Positions 1-7,894 of a DNA stretch of 64,000 nt are shown here, one piece after another (positions within the stretch are counted from its first letter, which is position 1; each line of letters opens with the position of its first letter). Source of the stretch: a virus. Taxonomy: Duplodnaviria; Caudoviricetes. Position numbers and translations under genes: made by a program. The notes under the pieces were generated by a model. The model searched no databases. It was given only the letters and a program-made list of their open reading frames with translations, and was not told the DNA's origin. The stretch lies in the IMG/VR virus record IMGVR_UViG_3300037504_000149. The stretch is one strand, 5' to 3'.

Positions 1-2092
1 CTGGTAATGGTATGTTTTGTTTTCTATATTGCTCTTTTAGATATTCAACTACAGTAAGATGCCCTCTACGAGCAGCCATACGTAATGCTTCACCATAACA
101 AGCATGTATATCAGCACCATGTTCAACTAAATATTCAACTACAGGAAGATGCCCCCTTCTAGCAGCCCAACGTAATGCATAATCATTACTAGCATGTATA
201 TTAGCATCATGCTCAACTAAATATTCAACTACAGGAAGATGTCCCTTCGCAGCAGCCGCACCTAACGCATAATCATTCTGAGCATGTATATTAGCATCAT
301 GTTCAACTAAATATTCAACTACAGGAAGATGCCCATACTCAGCAGCCCAACGTAATGCTTCATCATCGTTAGCATGTATATTTGCATCATGCTCAACTAA
401 ATATTCAACTACAGGAAGATGCTCTCTCAAAACAGCCCAACGTAATGCATGATCATCATCAGCATGTATATCAGCATCATGCTCAACTAAATATTCAACT
501 ACAGGAAGATGCCCATTCTCAGCAGCATAACGTAATGCATAATCATTCCTAGCATGTATATCAGCATCATGCTCTACTAAATATTCAACTACAGGAAAAC
601 GCCCATTCTCAGCAGCCCAACGTAATGCTTCATCATCCTTAGCATGTATATTTGCACCATGTTCAACTAAATATTCAACTACAGGAAGATGCCCATTCTC
701 AGCAGCATAACGTAATGCACTATCATTGCCAGCATGTATATCAGCATCATGCTCAATTAAATATTCAACTACAGGAAGATGCCCTTTACGAGCAGCCATA
801 CGTAATGCAGAATCATAATAAGCATATACATTAGCACCTTGCTCCACTAAATATTCAACTACAGGAAGATGCCCTTCTGAAGCAGCCAACCGTAATGCTG
901 CATTATCATCAGCATGTATATCAGCCCCATTATCTAACGCTTCTTTAACACCTTGTAGATCATTATTTTTAACAGCATTAATTAAATCCTTGTTAGATTT
1001 TATAGAAGGAATTGCTTTTAATAATGCATCTATTGCTCCTTTTAGTTCTTCATTATCAAAATCTATAGTATTACCTTCACTATTATAAAGTGTATCTACT
1101 GCTTTAACATAAGCTAATACAGGATTTCCTTGCTCAAAAACTATATACATACCTTCGCCAATATATTTCTCAGCATAATCTCTCTGCTTACCTGTACACC
1201 ACTTAGTTCCTTGACTATCCCTAAATAATGCTTCGACATCTAGATAATATCTAACTTCATAAGTATTATCTTGATATTTAACTTCATAACCTTCTTCTTT
1301 ACCTACTTCTTTAGTACCACCTATTTTAATATCAAAAACATTACTTAGTAGTATCTTAATATCATCTACATATAAATCTTGCGTATCTAAATTACTTAGA
1401 TTATCAAAATCTATACTTTTATCTATATTAACTGTTTCATTATTTTGATTTAGTAACTTACTCTCATAAGGATCCCAAAGGAATTTAACATTAGTAGAAG
1501 GAAATACAAATCCATAGTAAGAACCTTTATCTATCCATTCTTCTGCTATTCTAGGATTATTAGTATCTAGACTAGTTCCTCTACTAAACTCCATTAAGGC
1601 TTCTTTATTACTAAGCTCTAATATCTTGCATTCATTTAGATTAGTTTCTATATTATAAGCTAACTCACGAGTACCTTGATCAACTAAGTTTAACCATTGT
1701 TGTTTATTAGAAGTATAATCAATATTCTTCATTGTTTCTATTAAATCCTGCCAAGTATATTGTTGTATATCCTTAGAAGGTAATACACCTGGAATATCTT
1801 TAATAGTGTTAAAGTAATCTAGATATTTAGTTAGGGTATCTCCTTGTTCATCTAGATCTAAACCATACTTTAATACTTGAACTATTAACCAATGATTATA
1901 AGATGTTCCGGTAGGATCATATTGCTTAACTTGATCAATCAAGTTATAAGCATATTGCTCATCATAATCCTCACCCATGATATTTTGAATATCAGTAAGG
2001 AGCCGCTTATTAACAGCTAGAATGTTAAGCCAAGCAAGATAAGATGATGTTGTATTTTGAGTAATACAATACTTTATACCTGTTGTTCTCAT
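1..2092 (-). CDS. Ankyrin-repeat protein 1 (>697 aa, C-terminus runs off the window): N-terminal DPTG..Y..W region, two tandem GTxWCT-type domains, N-cap and 10 ankyrin repeats of 30 aa
   Basis: Absent from the ORF track because it is truncated. Manual translation from ATG 2092 (MRTTGIKYCITQ...) stays open to position 2 and ends ...HLTVVEYLKEQYRKQNIPLP. Repeat consensus xxDxALRxAAxxGHLPVVEYLVEH(D/G)A(D/N)IHA. Confidence 0.9.
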   Translation of the reverse strand, partial: MRTTGIKYCITQNTTSSYLAWLNILAVNKRLLTDIQNIMGEDYDEQYAYNLIDQVKQYDPTGTSYNHWLIVQVLKYGLDLDEQGDTLTKYLDYFNTIKDIPGVLPSKDIQQYTWQDLIETMKNIDYTSNKQQWLNLVDQGTRELAYNIETNLNECKILELSNKEALMEFSRGTSLDTNNPRIAEEWIDKGSYYGFVFPSTNVKFLWDPYESKLLNQNNETVNIDKSIDFDNLSNLDTQDLYVDDIKILLSNVFDIKIGGTKEVGKEEGYEVKYQDNTYEVRYYLDVEALFRDSQGTKWCTGKQRDYAEKYIGEGMYIVFEQGNPVLAYVKAVDTLYNSEGNTIDFDNEELKGAIDALLKAIPSIKSNKDLINAVKNNDLQGVKEALDNGADIHADDNAALRLAASEGHLPVVEYLVEQGANVYAYYDSALRMAARKGHLPVVEYLIEHDADIHAGNDSALRYAAENGHLPVVEYLVEHGANIHAKDDEALRWAAENGRFPVVEYLVEHDADIHARNDYALRYAAENGHLPVVEYLVEHDADIHADDDHALRWAVLREHLPVVEYLVEHDANIHANDDEALRWAAEYGHLPVVEYLVEHDANIHAQNDYALGAAAAKGHLPVVEYLVEHDANIHASNDYALRWAARRGHLPVVEYLVEHGADIHACYGEALRMAARRGHLTVVEYLKEQYRKQNIPLP
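31..960 (-). repeat. Coding tandem array of ten 90-bp ankyrin units plus N-cap
   Basis: The block 'atattcaactacaggaagat' recurs at exact 90-nt spacing (about 131, 221, 311 ... 851), with a variant copy at about 41. Confidence 0.95.
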
Positions 2093-2121
2093 TATTTAGA
2101 TCCTTCGGGTTCAGTGTACTA

Positions 2122-3006
2122 TTAGATGGTCCAGATATTATGGCCGAAGGGTACCATAGCCATTAAGATGAAGTTCTCTACATATCTTACACGTCTACCA
2201 AGTCCCATGTGTGAGCCTCCATCCTTGTACCTAGCAAGAGGACTCATCTCAAGATCTGATTGATATAATTGTTCGAACGTATCTGCTAAACGCATATAAT
2301 CTCGTTCTACACGTACACTAACTGGTGGTAGGTCGGCAGTATGTCTATTGGCTTCCTCCAAACTCTGCCTCACTCTAAATGCTTGTGCTAGAGATGAGTT
2401 AAGTAATAAATGCTCCAATTGTTCGGGAAAATCTTCTAAAGTCCACCCTCGTTCACCTAATGTGTGAGAATAGGCTGTATTCAAGCGAGCAAGAGATGTT
2501 TTAAGACACATGGCTAATTGAGAAGTAGACCAACGACCTGCTTCTTCCCAAAAGTTTACTCGCCATAGTTTAGGATTATGCTCAAATAACAGTAATCGTA
2601 ATGTTTGAAGAAAGTATTCTGGCCTAGAAACAGTACCTAGTTCAACTGTATCCTTTATTATTTGTAAATCTCCATGTTTAAATCCTCTAACTTCTATTTC
2701 ATAAACACCAGGTTCTAAATCTGCTGTTTGCAATTCTATTTTGTATGTACCATAACCACCTTCACTAGACTTAGGCTTAATGGTTACGTTACGTGGATTT
2801 ACTTCTTTACCATCTTTTGTAAACTTTACACTTATATCACGTGCTGTAGTTGCGTTACCTTGTTTACTTTCAAAGCCAGCAACATAAAAAGCAGCGTATT
2901 GCTCTATACCTGCAATATATGAAACTTGTGGACTAGATAAAGTTCTATACTCAGATGGTGCTAGTACGGTTCCGTTTAAATTGTCTAAATCAACTTGAGT
3001 TGTCAT
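2122..3006 (-). CDS. Probable neck/head-tail adaptor protein with N-terminal Ig-like beta domain
   Basis: Beta-rich N-terminal half (GYGTYKIEL..ADLEPGVYEIEV). Helical C-terminal half (WSTSQL..CL..SL.RLN...WTLEDFP..LEHLLL) resembles adaptor proteins of large phages. Lies downstream of the capsid gene. Confidence 0.45.
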   Translation of the reverse strand: MTTQVDLDNLNGTVLAPSEYRTLSSPQVSYIAGIEQYAAFYVAGFESKQGNATTARDISVKFTKDGKEVNPRNVTIKPKSSEGGYGTYKIELQTADLEPGVYEIEVRGFKHGDLQIIKDTVELGTVSRPEYFLQTLRLLLFEHNPKLWRVNFWEEAGRWSTSQLAMCLKTSLARLNTAYSHTLGERGWTLEDFPEQLEHLLLNSSLAQAFRVRQSLEEANRHTADLPPVSVRVERDYMRLADTFEQLYQSDLEMSPLARYKDGGSHMGLGRRVRYVENFILMAMVPFGHNIWTI

Positions 3007-3024
3007 TTATTATCACCTAAATAA

Positions 3025-3402
3025 TTAAAGTATGTCTTGAAGAGTACTATTAAGTATACCACTATCTAAAACACCTACACCACCGTCAGGTGTTTTGTAG
3101 GTTGTATTTTTATATAAATCATAATGCTCATTAATAATATATAATTGTTCTTGTGTAGCTTTTTTACCAGGCTGCATCAAATACCCAAAACAACTAACTT
3201 TAACCCATCCTTGATTTTCTAAATATTCTTCTGGATTATTAATAGAGTTTACTTTAGCTAATCCTTGATCTATTAGATCATAAACAATATGAAAAGTTGC
3301 ATCTATATGTCCAGCATATTCAACTGGATGATAATTACCATTAGGTTCCAGCCACATGAATAATGGTATTTTATGTTCATTAACACATATAAAATACATC
3401 AT
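3025..3402 (-). CDS. Hypothetical 125-aa protein, paralog of 4996..5373 (W-x-x-P-N-G...H...G-W/Y-V-x-V motif)
   Basis: Aligns end to end with 4996..5373. Confidence 0.8.
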   Translation of the reverse strand: MMYFICVNEHKIPLFMWLEPNGNYHPVEYAGHIDATFHIVYDLIDQGLAKVNSINNPEEYLENQGWVKVSCFGYLMQPGKKATQEQLYIINEHYDLYKNTTYKTPDGGVGVLDSGILNSTLQDIL

Positions 3403-3411
3403 AATATTCCT

Positions 3412-4971
3412 TTAATAAGCTGCTATTATATTCCAAATATAATACGTCTTTGTAAATTTACTACCTGTATGTATACCTTCGGGTAATGGTATGTTTTGTT
3501 TTTTATATTGTTCTTTTAGATATTCAACTACAGGAGTATGCTCATTTAAAACAGCTAGACGTAATGCCCAACCTTCCCAAACGTTTATATCAGCACCTTG
3601 CTCAACTAAGTATTTAACTATAGGAAGATTTCCTTTCTGAGAAGCTGCACGAAATGCAAAATCATAATCGGCATGTATATTCGCACCTTGCTCTACTAAA
3701 TATTTAACTACAGGAAGGTGTCCTCTCCAAGTAGCCTTACGTAACGCATAATCATCATCAGCACGTATATCAGCACCTTGCTCAACTAAGTATTTAACTA
3801 TAGGAAGGCGTCCATACCAAACAGCCCAACGTAATGCATAATCATCATCAGCATGTATCATCTTTTCTGCTGCTTCTTTACCCTCATTTTGTTTAATATA
3901 TTCTACTAAATATTTAACTACAGGAAGATATCCTTCCATAGCAGCATAACGTAATGCCTCATCATCCGCAGCATGTATATCAGCGCCCTGCTTAACTAAG
4001 TATTCAACTACAGGAAGATATCCTTCCATAGCAGCCCAACGTAATGCTTGATCATTGTTAGCGTGTATATCAGCACCCTGCTCTACTAAACATTCAACTA
4101 CAGGAAGTTGTCCATGATAAGCAGCAATACGTACTGCATAATCATCGTCAATGTGTATATCAGCACCATCATCTAGAGCTTTTTTAATTCCTTGCAGATC
4201 ATTACGTGCAATAGAACTTATTAACAATTGTGTTGCTTCTTTAATTTTTATAATCCTATCTTTATCCATTTCAGGATTTTTCATTAAATCAAATATTTCT
4301 CTAAGTTCTTCTTCGTCACTACTAAAATACTCAGCAACTGTTCCACCATGATGAGCAACATCTTTAATATGATCTATTAACATCATTCTTTTATCTACAT
4401 CTATTTCTTGTTCTATCTCTTGTAACTGATCTTCGATACCTTCGTGTACTCCATCTCCGGTCATTCTAGGAGTATTTTCTTCTCTAATAAGGTTAACTAG
4501 TTTATTAGCAAAGATATCTAATATCTTAGTAAATAGTTCAGGAGCTAGATTATTTAGATATAAATTTTTGTAATAATGATATAAATTTAACCATTCAAAA
4601 CCATTTAAAAATTCTATATTACCAAAAGCATCTTGCTCTAAAAATTCTATTGCTTCAGTTACAACAGGAGCTTCATAAACATCATCGACATAATTAGTAG
4701 TAGTATCATTAGGATGCTTATCTAATCTCATTATAATGTTTTGTAAATCATCATCTAGTAAATCTATATCTCCGTAAACTTTTGTAACATGATCTCTAAA
4801 TTCAGATAATGTGGTTATGGATTCCCCATTAGGAGAAATAACAGTCATACCATTATTTAGTTTAGTAGTATAACCCATGTTACTCATGATTTCTGCTATC
4901 TCATAAGTTTCATCTACATAAGAATAATAGTATTTCATACTAGTTTTAAACTTCATAATTATATTGTCCAA
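3412..4971 (-). CDS. Ankyrin-repeat protein 2: unrelated N-terminal domain, N-cap, 7 ankyrin repeats and the same C-cap as protein 1 (start may be ATG 4956)
   Basis: Repeats such as DDDYALRWAVWYGRLPIVKYLVEQGADIRA; C-cap EYLKEQYKKQNIPLP. Confidence 0.9.
   Translation of the reverse strand: MDNIIMKFKTSMKYYYSYVDETYEIAEIMSNMGYTTKLNNGMTVISPNGESITTLSEFRDHVTKVYGDIDLLDDDLQNIIMRLDKHPNDTTTNYVDDVYEAPVVTEAIEFLEQDAFGNIEFLNGFEWLNLYHYYKNLYLNNLAPELFTKILDIFANKLVNLIREENTPRMTGDGVHEGIEDQLQEIEQEIDVDKRMMLIDHIKDVAHHGGTVAEYFSSDEEELREIFDLMKNPEMDKDRIIKIKEATQLLISSIARNDLQGIKKALDDGADIHIDDDYAVRIAAYHGQLPVVECLVEQGADIHANNDQALRWAAMEGYLPVVEYLVKQGADIHAADDEALRYAAMEGYLPVVKYLVEYIKQNEGKEAAEKMIHADDDYALRWAVWYGRLPIVKYLVEQGADIRADDDYALRKATWRGHLPVVKYLVEQGANIHADYDFAFRAASQKGNLPIVKYLVEQGADINVWEGWALRLAVLNEHTPVVEYLKEQYKKQNIPLPEGIHTGSKFTKTYYIWNIIAAY
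3480..4200 (-). repeat. Second 90-bp ankyrin array (7 units, one carrying a 30-nt insertion)
   Basis: Periodic 'actaa..att.aacta.aggaag' blocks; the period is broken by +30 nt at about 3859-3900. Confidence 0.9.
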
Positions 4972-4995
4972 ATATGATAAATAAAAGTCTTATTT

Positions 4996-5373
4996 CTACA
5001 GTATTTTATTTAATGTGTAATCTAATCTATCCTTACTAAAGCGTATATTCATGGGACCATAATAATCAATAGACATGACTTTGTTGCAATACTTATCATA
5101 ATGAGCCATTATTACTTCAAATTGGTCATCGTTAATATGTAATCCATTAAGCATAAGATATCCAGCGTCAGTAACTCTTACATACCCTAATTGTTCTAGT
5201 AATAATTCAGGATCTTTATTGATAATAGATGTGTCCCCTGAATCAACCATCTTACTTACTATTGCCGCAGCTTTCTCACCATGTTCAGCATAATTCACAG
5301 GGTAGTAATCACCGTTTGGTGCGACCCACATAAAAGGTGGAATATAGTCATTAGTACAAATAAAATATATCAT
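4996..5373 (-). CDS. Hypothetical 125-aa protein, paralog of 3025..3402
   Basis: MIYFICTNDYIPPFMWVAPNGDYYPVNYAEH versus MMYFICVNEHKIPLFMWLEPNGNYHPVEYAGH. Confidence 0.8.
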   Translation of the reverse strand: MIYFICTNDYIPPFMWVAPNGDYYPVNYAEHGEKAAAIVSKMVDSGDTSIINKDPELLLEQLGYVRVTDAGYLMLNGLHINDDQFEVIMAHYDKYCNKVMSIDYYGPMNIRFSKDRLDYTLNKIL

Positions 5374-5519
5374 TCTGTTTTATCCTTATCATTATAATAC
5401 CTTTCAAAAATATAATCTTTATCTAAAGAATAAATTATATCTTCACCATCAACACAATATATATACTCCGTTTCTCCTCTTAAAAATATTTGAAAAGGCC
5501 CATCTTCCAATATAAGCAT
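5370..5519 (-). CDS. Small hypothetical protein (49 aa if the start is ATG 5519)
   Basis: The ORF-track TTG start at 5558 lies inside a hairpin/promoter. The stop overlaps the next start (ATGA). Confidence 0.5.
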   Translation of the reverse strand: MLILEDGPFQIFLRGETEYIYCVDGEDIIYSLDKDYIFERYYNDKDKTE

Positions 5520-5524
5520 GAGAA

Positions 5525-5566
5525 ACCCCGGATGTGGTACAGTATAATTATACCACAATCCGGGGT
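5525..5566 (-). terminator. GC-rich hairpin after the RNA ligase gene, containing an extended -10 box (TTGTGGTATAAT on the minus strand)
   Basis: accccggat-gtggta...taccac-a-atccggggt inverted repeat, followed on the minus strand by a short T run. Confidence 0.6.
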
Positions 5567-5584
5567 AACTAATAATATTTGATA

Positions 5585-6715
5585 CTACTCATCTAAAGAT
5601 AATAAATACTCTCTAGATATAGCTTTAAAGGACACATTGTACTGTTTTTTCTTAGTAACAGCCCTAGATCGTACAACTATTCCTTCCTGTAAAACAGTAG
5701 GAACTAATGTACTTTTACTATCAGCTAAGTTTAAAAAGTAAGCTGTATCCATATTCTTAGCCAATACTAACTTAGTATTGATAATAGGTACAGTTTGTAA
5801 TCCCACCTTATCACAAAGATTTACAATATCAGGAAATACTACATATTCCATACTATTAATTTTAAAAATATTAAATACAAAAAACTTAAGTTTGTTAAAC
5901 TTATAGTTATTCTTTTGTACTCGTGGCCCAACTATCTCCCCTTGGACTGCCACAGACTCACCTAGTAATGTACTCAATTGCTCCAACCGCTTGCGTAGTT
6001 CATATGAACGAGCAATATTCCAATAATTGGTATCATCTTCTATAGGTCGAGCTTTGTTACGAGAAGCTACGATAAACTTAGGACGAGAAAACCATCCTTT
6101 GGGCTTATAAAATGCAAAAGTACCACTTTGTCCATCGAGCTTTTCTGTGACGTAGCATTCTGTTCCAGCAGCTAGTTCACCTATATATGGTAAATTCTGG
6201 ATGCGTTCTTCATCTGTTTTAGGTATCTCAGGTGGGAACGTTCCTGTAGCATCTCCTACAAGCCTACTTCGTATAGCTCGGAAAACCTTAAACCGCATAA
6301 AGAAGTTAAAGATACCAGAACGTTTATTACTTTTAGGACTTTTAGAGGCTTGCTGACGTACATGAGGCTCATACTTTACTACTCCAATAATATCAGTAAC
6401 ATCTTGACCTATACTAAGATCAACTTTATGAGTTGTAAAATGTTCCAGTATATCCACCGGCATAGCTAAACCTTGAGATATCTGGCCTCTAAGTTTAATT
6501 GTCTTTACACGAAATTTACTCCTACGCATAAATTCAAACACAGGGTGGTCGGGAAGCACAGAATCAGTTTCAAAGAAAATACACTTATCCCCTACTTTAA
6601 ACTCGTTCTTCTTAGCAACAAGTTCCCATCCTTTAACTGTAATACATACAATTCTGTCAGCTCCCTTAATAAGAGAAATAGAATCTACACGCTGAATTGT
6701 AGCCAACTTACGCAT
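5585..6715 (-). CDS. ATP-dependent RNA ligase, DRB0094-like family (N-terminal OB domain plus nucleotidyltransferase domain)
   Basis: N-terminus MRKLATIQ..GADRI...GWELV.KKNEFKVGDKC.FFE.DS.LP; motif I TEKLDG; also QGEIVGP, EGIVV, SFKAIS. Confidence 0.88.
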   Translation of the reverse strand: MRKLATIQRVDSISLIKGADRIVCITVKGWELVAKKNEFKVGDKCIFFETDSVLPDHPVFEFMRRSKFRVKTIKLRGQISQGLAMPVDILEHFTTHKVDLSIGQDVTDIIGVVKYEPHVRQQASKSPKSNKRSGIFNFFMRFKVFRAIRSRLVGDATGTFPPEIPKTDEERIQNLPYIGELAAGTECYVTEKLDGQSGTFAFYKPKGWFSRPKFIVASRNKARPIEDDTNYWNIARSYELRKRLEQLSTLLGESVAVQGEIVGPRVQKNNYKFNKLKFFVFNIFKINSMEYVVFPDIVNLCDKVGLQTVPIINTKLVLAKNMDTAYFLNLADSKSTLVPTVLQEGIVVRSRAVTKKKQYNVSFKAISREYLLSLDE

Positions 6716-6735
6716 AACACACCACCTTTTGAGTA

Positions 6736-6769
6736 TAAAAAAGCCTGTACTAGTAGTATAGCACAGGCT
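6736..6769 (-). terminator. Rho-independent terminator
   Basis: Minus-strand RNA AGCCUGUGCUA-UACUAC-UAGUACAGGCU followed by a U run, after gene 6793..7446. Confidence 0.75.
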
Positions 6770-6783
6770 GCAAACTTTTTCAA
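6755..6783 (-). promoter_or_regulatory. Sigma70-type promoter TTGAAA-N17-TATACT for the RNA ligase gene, overlapping the terminator
   Basis: Exact 17-nt spacer; the same motif occurs at four other sites. Confidence 0.75.
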
Positions 6784-6792
6784 GTTTATTTT

Positions 6793-7446
6793 TTAATCAC
6801 GTGGTCGGTATGCTGGTGCAAACGGTTCAGCACGCTGTTCATCAGCATCTTTTTTAATCTTAGCTATCTGCTTATTATATTTTTCTTCATAAACAGAGTA
6901 AGGACAACGTACAGTTCCGCCAACGTTTTTAGGAACTTCGATAACGTCTTCTACCAACTCAACCTCATGTTTTCCAGGATCGAAATCTGGCCTTATCACA
7001 GCCACTCGTTTCCTTTCTATCGCGAAGCGTAAGCTCTTAGAAGTTTTAATACACGTATTCATTTCACGCATAAGCTCAAGCTGCAAAGATTCAAGCTCAT
7101 TATCGATACGTTCTTCAATCTCTTTAATTTTAGCCGGGTCTTCTACACCAAAAACAGCACTTTCTTTTTCTGCATAAATAGACTCAGCTTTTGCTTCTAT
7201 TTCGGCAGCTTTATGTGCTATAGTTTTATGGTAATTAGCTAAAATTTCATAAAGATCTACGACAGTATTAGGCGGAATGTTTACGTGGTTTCCGTTTCGC
7301 GCACCATCTGGATCAACTAGATCATCTAGAACAACGGACGCTCTTTTAGAAGCAATCCAACGCACGTCCTTCATGTTCCTTCCAGGACGCATTAGTTTGT
7401 AAGTATGAAGTTTAGTAGTTCCAACTTCTTTATTATCTGTACTCAT
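6793..7446 (-). CDS. Hypothetical protein downstream of the capsid gene
   Basis: 217-aa ORF with AAGGTAGG RBS. Confidence 0.75.
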   Translation of the reverse strand: MSTDNKEVGTTKLHTYKLMRPGRNMKDVRWIASKRASVVLDDLVDPDGARNGNHVNIPPNTVVDLYEILANYHKTIAHKAAEIEAKAESIYAEKESAVFGVEDPAKIKEIEERIDNELESLQLELMREMNTCIKTSKSLRFAIERKRVAVIRPDFDPGKHEVELVEDVIEVPKNVGGTVRCPYSVYEEKYNKQIAKIKKDADEQRAEPFAPAYRPRD

Positions 7447-7506
7447 ACTTTACCTACCTTGTTTACAAGTACCTATTTAACAACAATAAATTTAGGTACG
7501 TTACTG

Positions 7507-7821
7507 TTACTCATCTAGAACAAATATGGCTGATTCTTCAGGTTCACTAGTAAATAGTTCCATTATTTCACTAATGTTATCTTCTTCTAGTAACTCTGTT
7601 ATTTTATCTTTACCAACATCAGTTAAATCCATCATAGGTGAAGACTTACTAGAATCTTCAAGAAGTTCAATTATGGTTTCCCGAAGATCAGATAAGTGAT
7701 CCAAAACTAGTTCTAACTCTCCAGCATTAACTAAAGGTAATATCTCATCCATTAAGGTATTACTAATTTTTTCTAGTTCTAGTTTATATTTTTTACTATC
7801 TACTCTTAGTCTATCAGCCAT
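7507..7821 (-). CDS. Hypothetical acidic helical protein
   Basis: 104-aa ORF with GAGGTG RBS. Confidence 0.7.
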   Translation of the reverse strand: MADRLRVDSKKYKLELEKISNTLMDEILPLVNAGELELVLDHLSDLRETIIELLEDSSKSSPMMDLTDVGKDKITELLEEDNISEIMELFTSEPEESAIFVLDE

Positions 7822-7859
7822 ACCACACCTCTGTGATATACAAGAAGTGTAAAGTTATT

Positions 7860-7883
7860 GGGGCTGTTAGGGTTAACAGCCCC
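7860..7883 (-). terminator. Hairpin immediately after the major capsid gene (terminator or mRNA stabiliser)
   Basis: ggggctgtta-gggt-taacagcccc, a perfect 10-bp stem; the U-tract is weak. Confidence 0.6.
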
Positions 7884-7894
7884 TAGTGATTGTC

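Noticed and set aside
652-834. Plus-strand His/Gln-rich 60-aa ORF
   Set aside because: Antisense shadow of the ankyrin repeats.
31-960. CRISPR array or non-coding repeat
   Set aside because: The 90-nt period is a multiple of three, the minus frame is open and encodes ankyrin repeats, and the variable parts are single codons rather than unique spacers.
31-960. TALE/PPR-like one-repeat-one-base DNA code
   Set aside because: The consensus is clearly ankyrin, with about six variable sites rather than one di-residue; nothing indicates nucleic-acid binding.
31-4200. Diversity-generating retroelement acting on the ankyrin repeats
   Set aside because: No reverse transcriptase or template repeat in the window; variation is not adenine-specific and many adenines are invariant. 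A distant DGR outside the window cannot be excluded.
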